Of a DNA stretch of 64,000 nt, positions 35,928-47,016 are shown in pieces. Every line of letters starts with the position of its first letter. Position 1 is the first letter of the stretch. This DNA is from a virus. The translations under genes and the position numbers were made by a program. Where the stretch lies: positions 12,124-76,123 of the IMG/VR virus record IMGVR_UViG_3300032053_000042; one strand, 5' to 3'. A model generated the notes under the pieces. That model did not search any database. It had not been told where the DNA came from and saw only the letters and a list, made by a program, of their open reading frames with translations.

Positions 35928-37274
35928 ATGCCTGTAGTCGATCCCAAAGACCTAACTAGTCTGAGCGTCCAAGAGCGAGCATTGGAGGAATTCCGTACCA
36001 ATGCCCCCATAACGTGGCGTATTGCCTCCATGGCAGACGATATGCCTGCTTACGGCTCTCCTGAACGCGATATCGCCTTGGATAAGTTCTGGAAAACTGA
36101 GCCGATCCTAGCTGGGGCCATTTACTCTATGGCAGCCAAGATCGCAGCACTGGACTTCAGGCTGAAGGGTCCACGCCGTCTTGTGAAGAAGTACAAGCAG
36201 CTCCTCATGGCTGCCGATTTTGGTATCGGCAATGGATGGGTCAATTTTGTGTTCAAAGTGGCCCAAGACATGCTCACGCAGGATAATGGAGCTTTCATCG
36301 AGCTACTTCGTAACGACGGGGCAAGTCCATACACTGCTGTCCAGGGTGTAGCTCATATAGACTCCCAGAGATGCACCCGCACTGGGAACCCTATGGTACC
36401 TGTGCAGTACCAGCCCTACACTAAGCCCGTTCGTCAGCTACAGTGGTACGAAGTTATCGCGATGTCGGATATGCCATCTCCTCGTGAAGAGATGTACAAC
36501 AGAGGTCTATGTGCCGTTAGCCGCGTGTTACGAGCTGCCCAAACGATGCGCGACATCTCGGTGTACAATCGACAAAAGCTAGCTGGTAAGCGTACACCAG
36601 CGATAGCGTGGGTTAACGGAATCTCACGAGACTACGTTAAGGCTTGCATTGACAAGGCCATAGAGGATCAGCTTAGCCAAGGCGATACACTCTATTCGGG
36701 ACCTATTATCATCGCTTCGATGGACGCCTCTGTACCTGTGCATGCTGAGCTTATGGAGCTTGCCGGGTTACCGGATAACTACAGCGAGGACACCGCGCTA
36801 AAATGGTATATTGCGACTTTGGCTTTGGACTTTGGCACGGACTATACGGAATTCAGCCCTTTACCCGGCGGTAACTTAGGGTCAGCTACTCAAGCCACTG
36901 AGATGGCTGCAAGGGCTCGTGGCAAGGGTCCTGGAGCGATGCTACAGCAGTTTGAGTTTGCTTTCAATTACTGGGTCTTGCCAGAGAGCTGCGAGTTTCA
37001 ATTTGCTAGTACGGATGCTACAGCAGAGCAGCAACGTATTACTCAGAGGAGGGAGCGTGCACAAGAGCGAGCTATACGTATCCAGTCAACAGAGATTACA
37101 CCTTTACAAGCTCTTGAGCTTGCTGTGGCTGATGGAGACGCTCCCGACAGCTTCTTAGCACCAGGAGAGGATACAGTCGACAGTCGCATTGATGCGGTAT
37201 TAAAAGAGCTAGGTGGCGTGCATAGTAAGCTTGCTAACGTACAAGACCGACTATCGTCCCAGGTGGAGGAGTAA
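35928..37274 (+). CDS. portal protein
   Basis: position after TerL; DMLTQDNGAFIE, IAALDFRL; 448 aa. Confidence 0.8.
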   Translation: MPVVDPKDLTSLSVQERALEEFRTNAPITWRIASMADDMPAYGSPERDIALDKFWKTEPILAGAIYSMAAKIAALDFRLKGPRRLVKKYKQLLMAADFGIGNGWVNFVFKVAQDMLTQDNGAFIELLRNDGASPYTAVQGVAHIDSQRCTRTGNPMVPVQYQPYTKPVRQLQWYEVIAMSDMPSPREEMYNRGLCAVSRVLRAAQTMRDISVYNRQKLAGKRTPAIAWVNGISRDYVKACIDKAIEDQLSQGDTLYSGPIIIASMDASVPVHAELMELAGLPDNYSEDTALKWYIATLALDFGTDYTEFSPLPGGNLGSATQATEMAARARGKGPGAMLQQFEFAFNYWVLPESCEFQFASTDATAEQQRITQRRERAQERAIRIQSTEITPLQALELAVADGDAPDSFLAPGEDTVDSRIDAVLKELGGVHSKLANVQDRLSSQVEE

Positions 37275-37852
37275 TGGCCAATCCTAGTTACACTTACGCT
37301 GGTGCTGCTGGCGCTGGCTTGCAAGTTGTTTTTAAGGCGATCGTCCCCCGATCGTGGTCGCTAAAGCACGTGATACCGGAGATGCTAGCAGAGCTTGATC
37401 ATATTGCTTTCCAGACGTTCCAGAAGTTTCGCGATGTGACAGCCACGTGGACCGAGGTTGTACTATTCACGTTCGCACGAAGAGTGTATCCTGGAGCACA
37501 GACCGCATCGATCAAGATTACGACGGACAACCTGATCTTTGGCCTTGTGAACGGTGGAGTAGAGGCCCACTCTATTGAGCCTAGGGAGTCAATGAGTAAG
37601 CGTAATCCTGCTTATCCTAGCGCTCTATCCGCTCGAGCACAAGGGTCGTATCGAGCTAAGACATCTCCTGGACGTCTGTCTTCTGGTCCAGGAGGCCCTT
37701 CAGGGCCTATAATCTATAGGCCAGGGGTGTGGCATCCGGGCTACCCAGGAAGAAACTTCGTTGAACAGATCGCAGAATGGTCAGAAGGACAAATGGACCT
37801 GAAGCTACCCCAGGCTATTGAGCGTGGAGTAGATAAAGGGATGATACAGTAG
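37274..37852 (+). CDS. HK97 gp10-like neck/virion morphogenesis protein
   Basis: VNGGVEAHSIEP...VWHPGYPGRNFV pattern. Confidence 0.55.
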   Translation: MANPSYTYAGAAGAGLQVVFKAIVPRSWSLKHVIPEMLAELDHIAFQTFQKFRDVTATWTEVVLFTFARRVYPGAQTASIKITTDNLIFGLVNGGVEAHSIEPRESMSKRNPAYPSALSARAQGSYRAKTSPGRLSSGPGGPSGPIIYRPGVWHPGYPGRNFVEQIAEWSEGQMDLKLPQAIERGVDKGMIQ

Positions 37853-37876
37853 TTTAGTTATGGTATGGAGGCCAAC

Positions 37877-39454
37877 ATGCCCTATACAGTAAGACACGAC
37901 GGCACGGGCGATAAGTCTTGGTGTGTTTATAAGAAGGACGGAGGCGAGAGTAAAGGCTGTAGCGCTACTCGAGCTCAGGCCTATGCACACGTAAGAGCTA
38001 TGTACGCCGGAGAGCACTCAAAGGCCGACGAAGAGAGCCTTCAGGAGCGTCTCAACAAGATTCGCGCCGCCTTTGAGGAGGCAACTAAGCCTCCACCGAG
38101 TATATCCAATCCGGATGCGCCAACCTACACGTCCCTGTGGATCGTAGACACGTTCGAGACTTACTTGGTAGTCAAGTGCTGGGCGTCGGACACCTACTGG
38201 AAGGCAGGTTATACTATTAAGGACGACGTGGTCGAGATTCAGTCAGAGGACGAGTGGATCGAACTCGAGATGAAGTACGTTCCTGTAACTAGCTCGGAAG
38301 AGAAGGCTATTGAGCCCGTAGTTGAACCTGTGGTACTCGAACCGCCGATGGACCAGTTCTATACGAAGGCGCAGGCTGATGGAAGGAAGCGGTGGGTAGC
38401 AGTATCCTCGACGGCTTTCCTAGACGGCCACAAGGAAATTGTGTCGCGCGAGGGAGTCGATAAGGGTATTGAGAGAGCAAAGAGCACAGGAGCAGGCCCA
38501 CTGGTCTTCTGGCACGACGGTAGAATTCCCCTTGCGGACTGTGACTTTCAGATGCGCGTTGACGCCTGCTTAGTAGAGTCGGGCCTGTGGGACGACACTC
38601 CTCAGGGCATTGCAGCGGCGAAGTCGAACGAGGAGCATCCTGAGAACTGGGCTATGAGTATCAAGTTTCTAGGCTACAAGGCTGAGCCTGCAATTATCAA
38701 TGGTACGAGTGTACGCGCCGTATGGAAGGATATCGGGTTTGTCGAGAGATCCATCCTACCGGCGAATAAGCCAGCTACGAGGTTCTCGTTTATTCAGACA
38801 AAAGCAGAAGGAGATGGAGGTGCAGCTATGAAGGACGAACAAGCAAAGGCCTTGACTGATCTTCTAGGAGAAGACTTGGCCAAGCAAGTGATCGCGAAGG
38901 TGGACGCTACTAATACCGCAGCTGCGGCTACTGGGGCCGTAACTAAGGAGATTGGAGCTCCAGCACTAAGCGACGTACTGAAGAGTGTTACGGATTCTTT
39001 GGTTACCCCGACCACGCCTATAGCGTCAGTCCCTGTGGATTCAAACGCTCCAGTGCAGGAGCAGATCGCGAAGGCAGTGGCGGCAGTCGTAGGTGTCACT
39101 ACACCTGTGGTAGAGAAGGCTGCGGCAGGCAACTACGTGTGCCCCGAGTGCGGCAAGAAAGCGAAGCTAGCAGAAGATGGTCCTGCTCCTAAGTGTGCAG
39201 CCTGCGACAAGACCATGAAGCTTGCCCCTGTGGCGAAGGAAGCAGACGTCGACGTGGTCATGATACTTAAGGAGCTTCAGACCACTGTGCGAGGTCTTGC
39301 GGATGAGGTACAGGCACTTAAGAACGGCGAAGTGCCCCGCGTTGTTAAGGCCGGGCCCCCGGATTCTACGACACCGGCAGCTATTGTACCTACTCAGCCA
39401 GAAACACCAGCTGTGATCAAGAGTATGGCGGCACAAATCTTTAAGGTGGCGTAA
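37877..39454 (+). CDS. prohead protease/scaffold protein
   Basis: DGHKEIV, LVFWHD, MSIKF, ERSILP then Ala-rich tail; directly upstream of the capsid gene. Confidence 0.7.
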   Translation: MPYTVRHDGTGDKSWCVYKKDGGESKGCSATRAQAYAHVRAMYAGEHSKADEESLQERLNKIRAAFEEATKPPPSISNPDAPTYTSLWIVDTFETYLVVKCWASDTYWKAGYTIKDDVVEIQSEDEWIELEMKYVPVTSSEEKAIEPVVEPVVLEPPMDQFYTKAQADGRKRWVAVSSTAFLDGHKEIVSREGVDKGIERAKSTGAGPLVFWHDGRIPLADCDFQMRVDACLVESGLWDDTPQGIAAAKSNEEHPENWAMSIKFLGYKAEPAIINGTSVRAVWKDIGFVERSILPANKPATRFSFIQTKAEGDGGAAMKDEQAKALTDLLGEDLAKQVIAKVDATNTAAAATGAVTKEIGAPALSDVLKSVTDSLVTPTTPIASVPVDSNAPVQEQIAKAVAAVVGVTTPVVEKAAAGNYVCPECGKKAKLAEDGPAPKCAACDKTMKLAPVAKEADVDVVMILKELQTTVRGLADEVQALKNGEVPRVVKAGPPDSTTPAAIVPTQPETPAVIKSMAAQIFKVA

Positions 39455-39512
39455 CACGCTCGATGTTCGATGTGCGACGAGTTGTAGATATACTGTTCAA
39501 TTAAGGAGAGAA

Positions 39513-40946
39513 ATGAAGCAATCAGTTAATGATCTGGTCCTTCAGCTGCAAGGGCTGTTGCAGCAGAAAGACGCCACAGGTGTACCGAATGCACAGATGT
39601 TGCACGGGCCAGGCGGTCTTTTTAGTACGTTCGGGATCGACAACGTGGTCGTTAATGCACACATGACGCCACGAGGCATCGAGGGTATGCTTCCTGTGCT
39701 GCCTTCCGTGTATCTTAATCCCCTCTTTACCTTTCTCACGGGCTTCGAAAGCGACGGCGGTAGCGAACCTAGCGGCCCTTGTGATACCTGCCCTGGCGGG
39801 GTGATCGAAACCTGTCACCAAACAGCTACTTTCGGCCGCGTCTGCCGTAGCAGCCAGGAGATCGAAGTTAACGAGATCGTCAACATGATCAACCGTGGTG
39901 AGACGACCCCGTTGCGGCTCTTAGGTGAGGTACTAGGTCCTGGTGGTCTAGCCCCTAAAGACAACCTAGACGTTACCGGTTGGATTAACATGGTTCTCCA
40001 GGCACAGATGGTGCTGATCTCGATCTTGTTCCAGCGTGCTCTGCTCCCGATGGTCTGGACTGGTAATCCGGCGAACAACACCCTCGGTGGCTACGCTGAG
40101 TTCCCAGGACTGGACATGCTGATCGGTACTGGTAAGATCGACGCTATCACAGGTGTAGCCTGCGGCGCCTTGGATAGCGACGTGAAGGACTTCGGCTATA
40201 ATCCGATGTACGGCGCCGACCCGGATATCGTGCGGTACTTGAGCACGATGGAATGGTACCTGCGTAACAACGCACGGGGTATGGGTCTGGAGCCAGTTGA
40301 CTGGGTGATCGCGATGAGGCCTGAGGCGTGGTTCGAATTGACCGAGATCTGGCCGATTCGATACAACACGGGTCTTGTCTCTCTAGCTATGCCGAACCAA
40401 TCGTTTATCATGGTTAACGGACGCGACAATACGGCCGAGCGGGATCGTATGCGCGAGCAAATGCGTATACCGATCAACGGTAACTGGTATCCAGTGATCG
40501 TCGACGACGGTATTGACGAGCAGACCCAAGCCGACAACGCTCTTATCCCACAGGGCGAGTTCGCTTCGAGCATCTACTTTATCCCGTTACGTGCCCGCGG
40601 AATGACCACGGTCTATTGGGAGACCAAGGACTATCGTGGTATTCCAGGACAGCTCTCTGTTCTACAGCAAACGAACCCCTACTGGATCAGTGATGGTGGA
40701 AGGTACCTCTGGACTTTAGAAAAGCTCACATGGTGCTTTTTCTTGATGGGCAAGATTGAGCCCCGAATTATCTTACGTACACCTCAACTTGCAGGTCGCA
40801 TCCAGAACGTACGCTACTCACCGTTACAACACCTAAGGTCACCTTTCCAGGACTCTGGATACTTCAAGAAGGGCGGCAACGAGAGCTACGACGCGCCGAC
40901 CTATTACTCGGAGTGGAATGCCAGGAGCCCCAGCGAGCATAACTAG
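39513..40946 (+). CDS. major capsid protein
   Basis: position, 477 aa, AAGGAG RBS; WTGNPANN...EFPGLD capsid-like motif. Confidence 0.8.
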   Translation: MKQSVNDLVLQLQGLLQQKDATGVPNAQMLHGPGGLFSTFGIDNVVVNAHMTPRGIEGMLPVLPSVYLNPLFTFLTGFESDGGSEPSGPCDTCPGGVIETCHQTATFGRVCRSSQEIEVNEIVNMINRGETTPLRLLGEVLGPGGLAPKDNLDVTGWINMVLQAQMVLISILFQRALLPMVWTGNPANNTLGGYAEFPGLDMLIGTGKIDAITGVACGALDSDVKDFGYNPMYGADPDIVRYLSTMEWYLRNNARGMGLEPVDWVIAMRPEAWFELTEIWPIRYNTGLVSLAMPNQSFIMVNGRDNTAERDRMREQMRIPINGNWYPVIVDDGIDEQTQADNALIPQGEFASSIYFIPLRARGMTTVYWETKDYRGIPGQLSVLQQTNPYWISDGGRYLWTLEKLTWCFFLMGKIEPRIILRTPQLAGRIQNVRYSPLQHLRSPFQDSGYFKKGGNESYDAPTYYSEWNARSPSEHN

Positions 40947-40976
40947 TCTAGTGTAACAAAGGAGGGCTCAAACCTT

Positions 40977-41678
40977 ATGACTGAAATAACATGGCCTACA
41001 GTAGTAATACTAATAGTGACCTACGATAGGCCACAAGAAATCCGAGCAACGATCCTGGGACTGATACACCATCTGTCTTACAGAGGTCAGCTCCTGTACG
41101 CAGTCTGTGACGACGGATCACCTGAAGGATATTTACAAGGTATCCACGAAGCCTTTCCGGACTTACAGATTGCGTTCTCGACGACGAAGAGACAGGGTTG
41201 GGGCGCCAATGTCAACGTAGGTATACGGACTCTAGTTCATAAGAATTATTGCTTCCTTACTGAAGACGATCAAGTAGCACTCACGAAGATTGACCTTACT
41301 AGTGGTGTGGCTCTACTAGAAGCGCTTCCAGATCTTGGCGCGATCAGATATGATGGAGTTGCAGGTCATGCACTAAACCTCGAGTTACGAGAGGCCGAGA
41401 CCGCTATAGGTAGAATGAACTACCTGAGGATTCTCAAGTCCTCGCCGCACCTGAACGTGTACTCAAATCGACCTCACCTGGCAGCTCCGCGCTTCCATGA
41501 GGTATACGGTACCTATTTAGTCGGAAAGACGTTAGGCCAAACAGAAGAAAGCTTTGCCCATAAAGTGAGGGACCAAGAGGGACCTGACATAGGCTGCTTA
41601 ACCGATGGTATTGCACTAGCCTTCGACCATATCGGGAAGAGCCGGCAAAACACCACGGAGGACGTACACCATGACTGA
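40977..41678 (+). CDS. glycosyltransferase family 2
   Basis: VILIVTYDRP, DDGS, GWGANVN, TEDD. Confidence 0.85.
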   Translation: MTEITWPTVVILIVTYDRPQEIRATILGLIHHLSYRGQLLYAVCDDGSPEGYLQGIHEAFPDLQIAFSTTKRQGWGANVNVGIRTLVHKNYCFLTEDDQVALTKIDLTSGVALLEALPDLGAIRYDGVAGHALNLELREAETAIGRMNYLRILKSSPHLNVYSNRPHLAAPRFHEVYGTYLVGKTLGQTEESFAHKVRDQEGPDIGCLTDGIALAFDHIGKSRQNTTEDVHHD

Positions 41679-42273
41679 CGTCGTACCTTGGGACGAGGGA
41701 AATGTTGCGAAGGCTATTGACACGTACTGGCTTACAAGCCCAATGGAAATAGAGTGGCGACGCCTTCTTATCGAGGATATGAAGCAAACGGTATTTACAG
41801 AACCAAGACCTTATCCAATCCTAGAGGTAGGTTGTGGTAGTGGTCTAATCTACGAGGCGATGGAGCTAGCAGGCTTAACGACTCCAGAGCTGTACGTGGG
41901 TGGAGATGTCAGTAAGTCAATGTTGGAGCTTGCTCGGTCTAGGTACGATGCTACCTTTCAAGAGCTCGACGGGCTTAAGCTACCATTCGAGGACCGCTCA
42001 CAGGAGAACGTGATTTGTGTTAGCGTACTACAGCACCTACCAGACTACCAACAGGCGTTACTTGAGCTATTAAGGGTTACGCGTAAGCGTCTGTACATAG
42101 CCCTGTGGATGCGTGACAGCGCTGGGGATGATATCCAGTTCGGTGGAAAGTTCTTTAACAACACATATTCGCTACGGCTTTTTAGTAAGCTAACGCAGAG
42201 TAAGCAGCCTACCATACGACACCTATACCTCTCGAACTATTCTGTGCTCTTTGTACAGAAGGAGCGAAAGTGA
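41671..42273 (+). CDS. class I SAM-dependent methyltransferase
   Basis: ILEVGCGSG, GDVSKSML, LPFED, VLQHL. Confidence 0.9.
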   Translation: MTDVVPWDEGNVAKAIDTYWLTSPMEIEWRRLLIEDMKQTVFTEPRPYPILEVGCGSGLIYEAMELAGLTTPELYVGGDVSKSMLELARSRYDATFQELDGLKLPFEDRSQENVICVSVLQHLPDYQQALLELLRVTRKRLYIALWMRDSAGDDIQFGGKFFNNTYSLRLFSKLTQSKQPTIRHLYLSNYSVLFVQKERK

Positions 42274-42812
42274 ACTACGCGGTGGGTGGGAGAGTGCGAT
42301 TACGACCAGTAGAGATTAAAGACGATGAGTACATCGTGCGGTGGCGGAATACCGACCGCTTAGCTTTTTTCGATCAGACTGTAGTCACACCTGACACCCA
42401 CCGTCTTTTCGTGGAGAATCGCAAGTCTCACGATCTCGTATGGATGGTCGAAGCAGGTTCGTGGACTGTGGGAATGGTTAGTCTGACAGTCGACGTAGTC
42501 AATGCTACCGCCGAGTTTGGTAGACTGTACATCGCTCAGGGCTTTCGTAGGCAGCGACTGGGTACAGAGGCTTCTTACACCGCTCTCGCCTATGGCTTCG
42601 AGCTACTACGTCTACAATCGATCTGGCTGCTAGCCCGTTCGGACAACAAGGAGGTTCGGCGGATGTACGATAACATGGGATGGTGTGCTGAGCTAGCAAA
42701 GCTCGACGTGATTCGTATGACGTACAAGAATACGTACTGGGCTCTAGAGGGTCGTAATCGTTTTATGAGGGACTTTGGAGTAAACCTTGATCCGCATCTT
42801 GACACTATTTAA
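42270..42812 (+). CDS. GNAT N-acetyltransferase (PseH/RimJ-like)
   Basis: LRPVE..D...IVRWRN, AEFGRLYI, RRQRLGT, N..VRRMY..MG. Confidence 0.85.
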   Translation: MNYAVGGRVRLRPVEIKDDEYIVRWRNTDRLAFFDQTVVTPDTHRLFVENRKSHDLVWMVEAGSWTVGMVSLTVDVVNATAEFGRLYIAQGFRRQRLGTEASYTALAYGFELLRLQSIWLLARSDNKEVRRMYDNMGWCAELAKLDVIRMTYKNTYWALEGRNRFMRDFGVNLDPHLDTI

Positions 42813-43431
42813 TAAAGCTCAGCTCGTACTAGAGGCCATAGCTAGCGTGGAGGCACAGACTCGACGCGATTATATCCACTTTGCAAGACCAGATACTTAT
42901 CGTGCGCGCGATGGCAGATATCCACCGGCAGTCTATTATAATGAGATGGCAAGAATAGCTCCGATGGAAGATTACATTAGTTGGTTATCGGATGATGATC
43001 TTTTGTTCCCTAATTACGTAGCTGATCTAGCAGGACATCTAGACGCGCATCCTGAGATCGATTGTGTATATGGTGGTAGCAAGCACGTTCTACACGAGCC
43101 ACCACAGGAGGATAGACTGATACGAAACCTTCCGCAGCAGTGGCCGTTTCCATTGTTCAACGCCGAGCTTTCACCCTTTTGTCAGATCGACGGTGGACAG
43201 TTTATGATTCGACGGTCGGGCCTGGAGAAGATTCCGTATCCGTGGTATCCTGAGGACGCTGCAAGTGCGAGTGGATGTGATGCAATCTTTATGCGTAAGA
43301 TCTCGCAGTACTTTCCGATGTATCCGATACCGGTCTTCGTTATGACTAATCGGGCGACTTCTGCTAGTTGCCACACTGTGGCAGTTCGTGGACATCTAGA
43401 GAAGGGCGTTGGATGGAAACCTTATGGGTGA
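42787..43431 (+). CDS. glycosyltransferase family 2
   Basis: AIASVEAQT, YISWLSDDD, IDGGQFMIR. Confidence 0.8.
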   Translation: MIRILTLFNKAQLVLEAIASVEAQTRRDYIHFARPDTYRARDGRYPPAVYYNEMARIAPMEDYISWLSDDDLLFPNYVADLAGHLDAHPEIDCVYGGSKHVLHEPPQEDRLIRNLPQQWPFPLFNAELSPFCQIDGGQFMIRRSGLEKIPYPWYPEDAASASGCDAIFMRKISQYFPMYPIPVFVMTNRATSASCHTVAVRGHLEKGVGWKPYG

Positions 43432-44086
43432 TGTAACGGCTGTAATAGTCAATCTGAATACGGTTGAGCTTACAAAGATAGCAGTAGAGAGCTTAGTTCG
43501 AGCCTATCCAGATATAGCTCTTATCTTGATAGACAACGGCTCAGTAGATGGCACGACGCAGTACCTACAAGAGCATTGCTCAGATAGAGAGAAGTCTAGA
43601 GCACTTTTCTTGCATCACAACATTGGACATGGACCTGCCTTGCATCTAGCTACGAACATGATTGGTACACCGTATTTCTTTACGATGGATTCTGACTGTG
43701 AGGTTCGTGCACCTGGCTTTCTAGAGTCTATGATACAGTACTTCGATGACGGGTCAGTGTACGCTGTAGGGGACCTACTATACGTTCGATCAGAGGATGC
43801 AGAGGATCCTTCGAGAGAGTTTAGAAGCTGGCCTACGTACGTTCCATACATATCACCCCACGCTGGTTTATATCGAATGAGCTTTTACAGGACAACCTAT
43901 CCGTTCATGCACCATGGAGCTCCACTACTGTGGAACATGATAGGAGCACGATCACGCGGCTGGATGTGTATAAGCTTTCCGATACAGGAGTACGTAGCTC
44001 ACCTAAGAGCCGGTACACGTAAATTATACGACGCTAGCCAACGAGAGTGGAATATTGTAGCTGGACGACTTCCGGTAGGATGGTAA
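43424..44086 (+). CDS. glycosyltransferase family 2
   Basis: IDNGSVD, NIGHGPAL, MDSD. Confidence 0.85.
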   Translation: MGDVTAVIVNLNTVELTKIAVESLVRAYPDIALILIDNGSVDGTTQYLQEHCSDREKSRALFLHHNIGHGPALHLATNMIGTPYFFTMDSDCEVRAPGFLESMIQYFDDGSVYAVGDLLYVRSEDAEDPSREFRSWPTYVPYISPHAGLYRMSFYRTTYPFMHHGAPLLWNMIGARSRGWMCISFPIQEYVAHLRAGTRKLYDASQREWNIVAGRLPVGW

Positions 44087-44088
44087 TA

Positions 44089-44697
44089 ATGTTCAATCAC
44101 GATGCAGTCTTTCACTCAACTTATCGAGGAGTACCGATAGTTAAGCTTCCGCTAGACCTGTGGGTCTACCAGGAACTAATGTCGAGACTAGGAAATGTTC
44201 GCTGCGTCGTGGAGATTGGAACCTTTCAAGGCGGTAGTGCACTAGCTCTATACGATATGATGTGTGCGATCAATCAGTGCGAGGATAATCTAGTTGTTAC
44301 GATTGACGTTAAGGCAGATGTCCATAGTGATCTTGTCCTACACAACCCACACATTATTCGCTTAGTAGGTAATGCTGCCTACCCCAGCACAGTAGTGAAG
44401 ACATTCGAAGAGTGCGCAGCTTACGCCGACGAGGTTATGGTTATAGATGATGGTAGTCATTTACGCGACGAGGTACTAGCCGCCTTATGCCAGTATCGTG
44501 TATTAGTAGCTGTGGGTGGATACTATATCGTCGAGGATACGATCTGTCATCATGGTATGGAGGTAGGACCTATTCCTGGTCCCTACGAGGCAGTTCAAGA
44601 GTTTCTACGTACCAACGACGACTTTGTAGTCGACGCCACCTGTGAGAAGTTTGGACTGACCTATAATCCGTCAGGGTTCCTGAGGAGGGTTCGATGA
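44089..44697 (+). CDS. CmcI-family (rhamnosyl O-methyltransferase-like) protein
   Basis: KLPLDLWVYQE, VEIGTFQGGSA, VIDDGSH, YIVED, GPYEAV.EFL. Confidence 0.85.
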   Translation: MFNHDAVFHSTYRGVPIVKLPLDLWVYQELMSRLGNVRCVVEIGTFQGGSALALYDMMCAINQCEDNLVVTIDVKADVHSDLVLHNPHIIRLVGNAAYPSTVVKTFEECAAYADEVMVIDDGSHLRDEVLAALCQYRVLVAVGGYYIVEDTICHHGMEVGPIPGPYEAVQEFLRTNDDFVVDATCEKFGLTYNPSGFLRRVR

Positions 44698-45755
44698 TTC
44701 CACTGCTCCGACCGTCTTGTACCGATGCTGAGATTGAGGCAGTTACGAAGGTAATGCGCTCTGGTTGGTGGGGTATGGGAAAGGTCTGCGAAGAGGTTGA
44801 GGCTTTCCTAAGTAACTACTACGACTACGCGCACTGTGTAACGACCAATAGTGCCACAGCGGCGTTACATTTAGCCTTACTGTCACACAACATAGGTCCA
44901 GGAGACGAGGTTATCGTTCCGGCCTTAACCTTTATCAGTACTGCTCTAGCTGTAAGCTACGTTGGAGCCACACCGGTGTTCGCAGATATTGATCCTAGGA
45001 CCTTATGTATTGATATGGCTGATGTCGAGCGTAGAATAACTCGACATACCAAGGCCATTATTGCGGTGGACTATGCAGGATATCCAGCGCTGGTCGAGAG
45101 ACCAGAATATCCATTTCCGACTATTCAGGACGCGGCACACTCCTGTGGAGGAGTAGGTTACGGTGATGATATTTGCTTGAGCTTTCATCCAGTTAAGAAC
45201 ATAGCTACCGGTGATGGTGGAGCGATTATAACTAACGGCGAAGTGCGAGCTAATCGACTTCGAGCTTTACGTTGGTGCGGCATCGATAAAAGTACTTGGG
45301 AACGTACTACTACTCGGTACGGTTGGGATTATGATATCAACGAGATGGGATTTAAGTGTCACTGGAATGACATACAGGCGGCCATTGGGCTGGTTCAGCT
45401 ACACAGAATGCCAGAGCTTCTAGCTCGTCGGCGAGCAATTGCTAAGATGTACGATGAGGGTTTGTTGGGTCTTTGTCAGTTACCGTTAGACCATCCGAAG
45501 CATACGTATCATTTGTATCCGATCAGGGTAGACGCAAGAAAGAGGAATCGAACTATTCAGCACCTTCTGTCGAAGGGGATCAGCGCTGGAGTGCATTATA
45601 AGGCTCTTACGGAATATCCGATGTACCACCAAGCCACCCCACCCGTTACGGATTATACGTGGCATCGACTAATAAGCTTACCGATCTTCTTCGATATGAC
45701 GGACGAGCAGGTTAATCTAGTTATCACGACTCTAAGGGAGGTCCTTGATGGCTGA
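44694..45755 (+). CDS. DegT/DnrJ/EryC1/StrS nucleotide-sugar aminotransferase
   Basis: NSATAALHLAL, GDEVIVP, QDAAHS, SFHPVKNIATGDGG (PLP lysine), GVHY, LISLP. Confidence 0.95.
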   Translation: MIPLLRPSCTDAEIEAVTKVMRSGWWGMGKVCEEVEAFLSNYYDYAHCVTTNSATAALHLALLSHNIGPGDEVIVPALTFISTALAVSYVGATPVFADIDPRTLCIDMADVERRITRHTKAIIAVDYAGYPALVERPEYPFPTIQDAAHSCGGVGYGDDICLSFHPVKNIATGDGGAIITNGEVRANRLRALRWCGIDKSTWERTTTRYGWDYDINEMGFKCHWNDIQAAIGLVQLHRMPELLARRRAIAKMYDEGLLGLCQLPLDHPKHTYHLYPIRVDARKRNRTIQHLLSKGISAGVHYKALTEYPMYHQATPPVTDYTWHRLISLPIFFDMTDEQVNLVITTLREVLDG

Positions 45756-46974
45756 CATAGATACCCTGAGGGAACGTATTCCTTGGCTATTTGGGCTTGG
45801 AGGCGAGCTTCTACTCATCGCCGATAAGCCTGGACGTAACTCCCTAACCGCTTCCTTAGCGAAAGAGGGCTATCGAGTTACACTTCTGGAGCCGAGACGT
45901 AACTTTGCTCGGGGAGCGGAGCGTAGTAAGGCGTTTACTAGGATTCTACAGGGGCTTCCTTACGATATTGCCGCTATAGCATCTATGCAAGGCCTGCAGT
46001 GGGATATAGTATTATGGTACCATCGAATGGATGTAGTCTCGTATGAGGAGTTTGTGCGTAGCCTATCGCAGCTCCAGCTCGTTACTAGAAAGGTAGTCGT
46101 GGTAGGAGATCCACACCATACACGTTTCGCTAAAGATCTAGGATTGCACGACTTTCATCTCGTAGGTGATCTAGGTATATGGTATGGAGGACAGTGGCCT
46201 TTACCAAGGCCGGCTGGGGTGGTGTCTGAGGTGGTACCTGAGGTAGCACCTGTGGTACAAACTCCCGAGCTTGTTCCATCCCTTGCAGAACTAGGTCAGG
46301 TTACGGCGATTGTGGTTGGCTTTAACACGAAGGCTTTGACCAGGAACGCAGTAGCCACGCTGAGGCAGGCCTATCCTAAGTTGTCTGTAATTCTGTTGGA
46401 TAACGCGTCGTCTGACGGATCTACACCAGATGTGGCACGACTAGCTACAAGTTATAACGTACAACCTGTACTAAACGGCACGAATATCGGCCACGGGCCC
46501 GCATTAGACCAGGGTATTCGGATGTGCAATACGCCCTACATTCTACTTTTGGACTCTGATTGTGTCGTGCATAAAGCAGGCTTTATCGAGGCTATGCTAG
46601 CTCGATTCGCGGAGGATTCTAAGTTGTATGCGGTGGGCTGGTTGCGCACTGTAGATCGCTATTCCGGGGTACCTTTGGAGTGGCACGTAGTACAACCGTC
46701 TTCAGCTCAATTCTGCCAATACGTGCACCCCAGCTGTGCCCTAATTGACCGAGCGAAGTACTTAGGTCTCCCATCGGCCTTTCATCACGGAGCTCCTATG
46801 CTACAGAATATGCGAGGAGCGGTGGATGCGGGCTATACCTTGGAAGACTTTCCTGTTGGCGAGTTCGTTGAACATCTAGTCGCAGGTACGCGAAGGATCT
46901 ATCAGGGAAAATGGAACCCCCTAACGAACGAGGCTCGTGGTACGTGGCGAGCTACTGATAAGCTACCGATCTAG
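45748..46974 (+). CDS. degenerate methyltransferase-like domain fused to GT2
   Basis: C-terminal LDNASSD, NIGHGPAL, LDSD, HHGAP paralogous to 43424-44086; N-terminal Rossmann-like remnant. Confidence 0.75.
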   Translation: MADIDTLRERIPWLFGLGGELLLIADKPGRNSLTASLAKEGYRVTLLEPRRNFARGAERSKAFTRILQGLPYDIAAIASMQGLQWDIVLWYHRMDVVSYEEFVRSLSQLQLVTRKVVVVGDPHHTRFAKDLGLHDFHLVGDLGIWYGGQWPLPRPAGVVSEVVPEVAPVVQTPELVPSLAELGQVTAIVVGFNTKALTRNAVATLRQAYPKLSVILLDNASSDGSTPDVARLATSYNVQPVLNGTNIGHGPALDQGIRMCNTPYILLLDSDCVVHKAGFIEAMLARFAEDSKLYAVGWLRTVDRYSGVPLEWHVVQPSSAQFCQYVHPSCALIDRAKYLGLPSAFHHGAPMLQNMRGAVDAGYTLEDFPVGEFVEHLVAGTRRIYQGKWNPLTNEARGTWRATDKLPI

Positions 46975-47016
46975 ATCTTCTGGAGGGCTGCTCAAAACTG
47001 GAGAAGAGGAGGATTT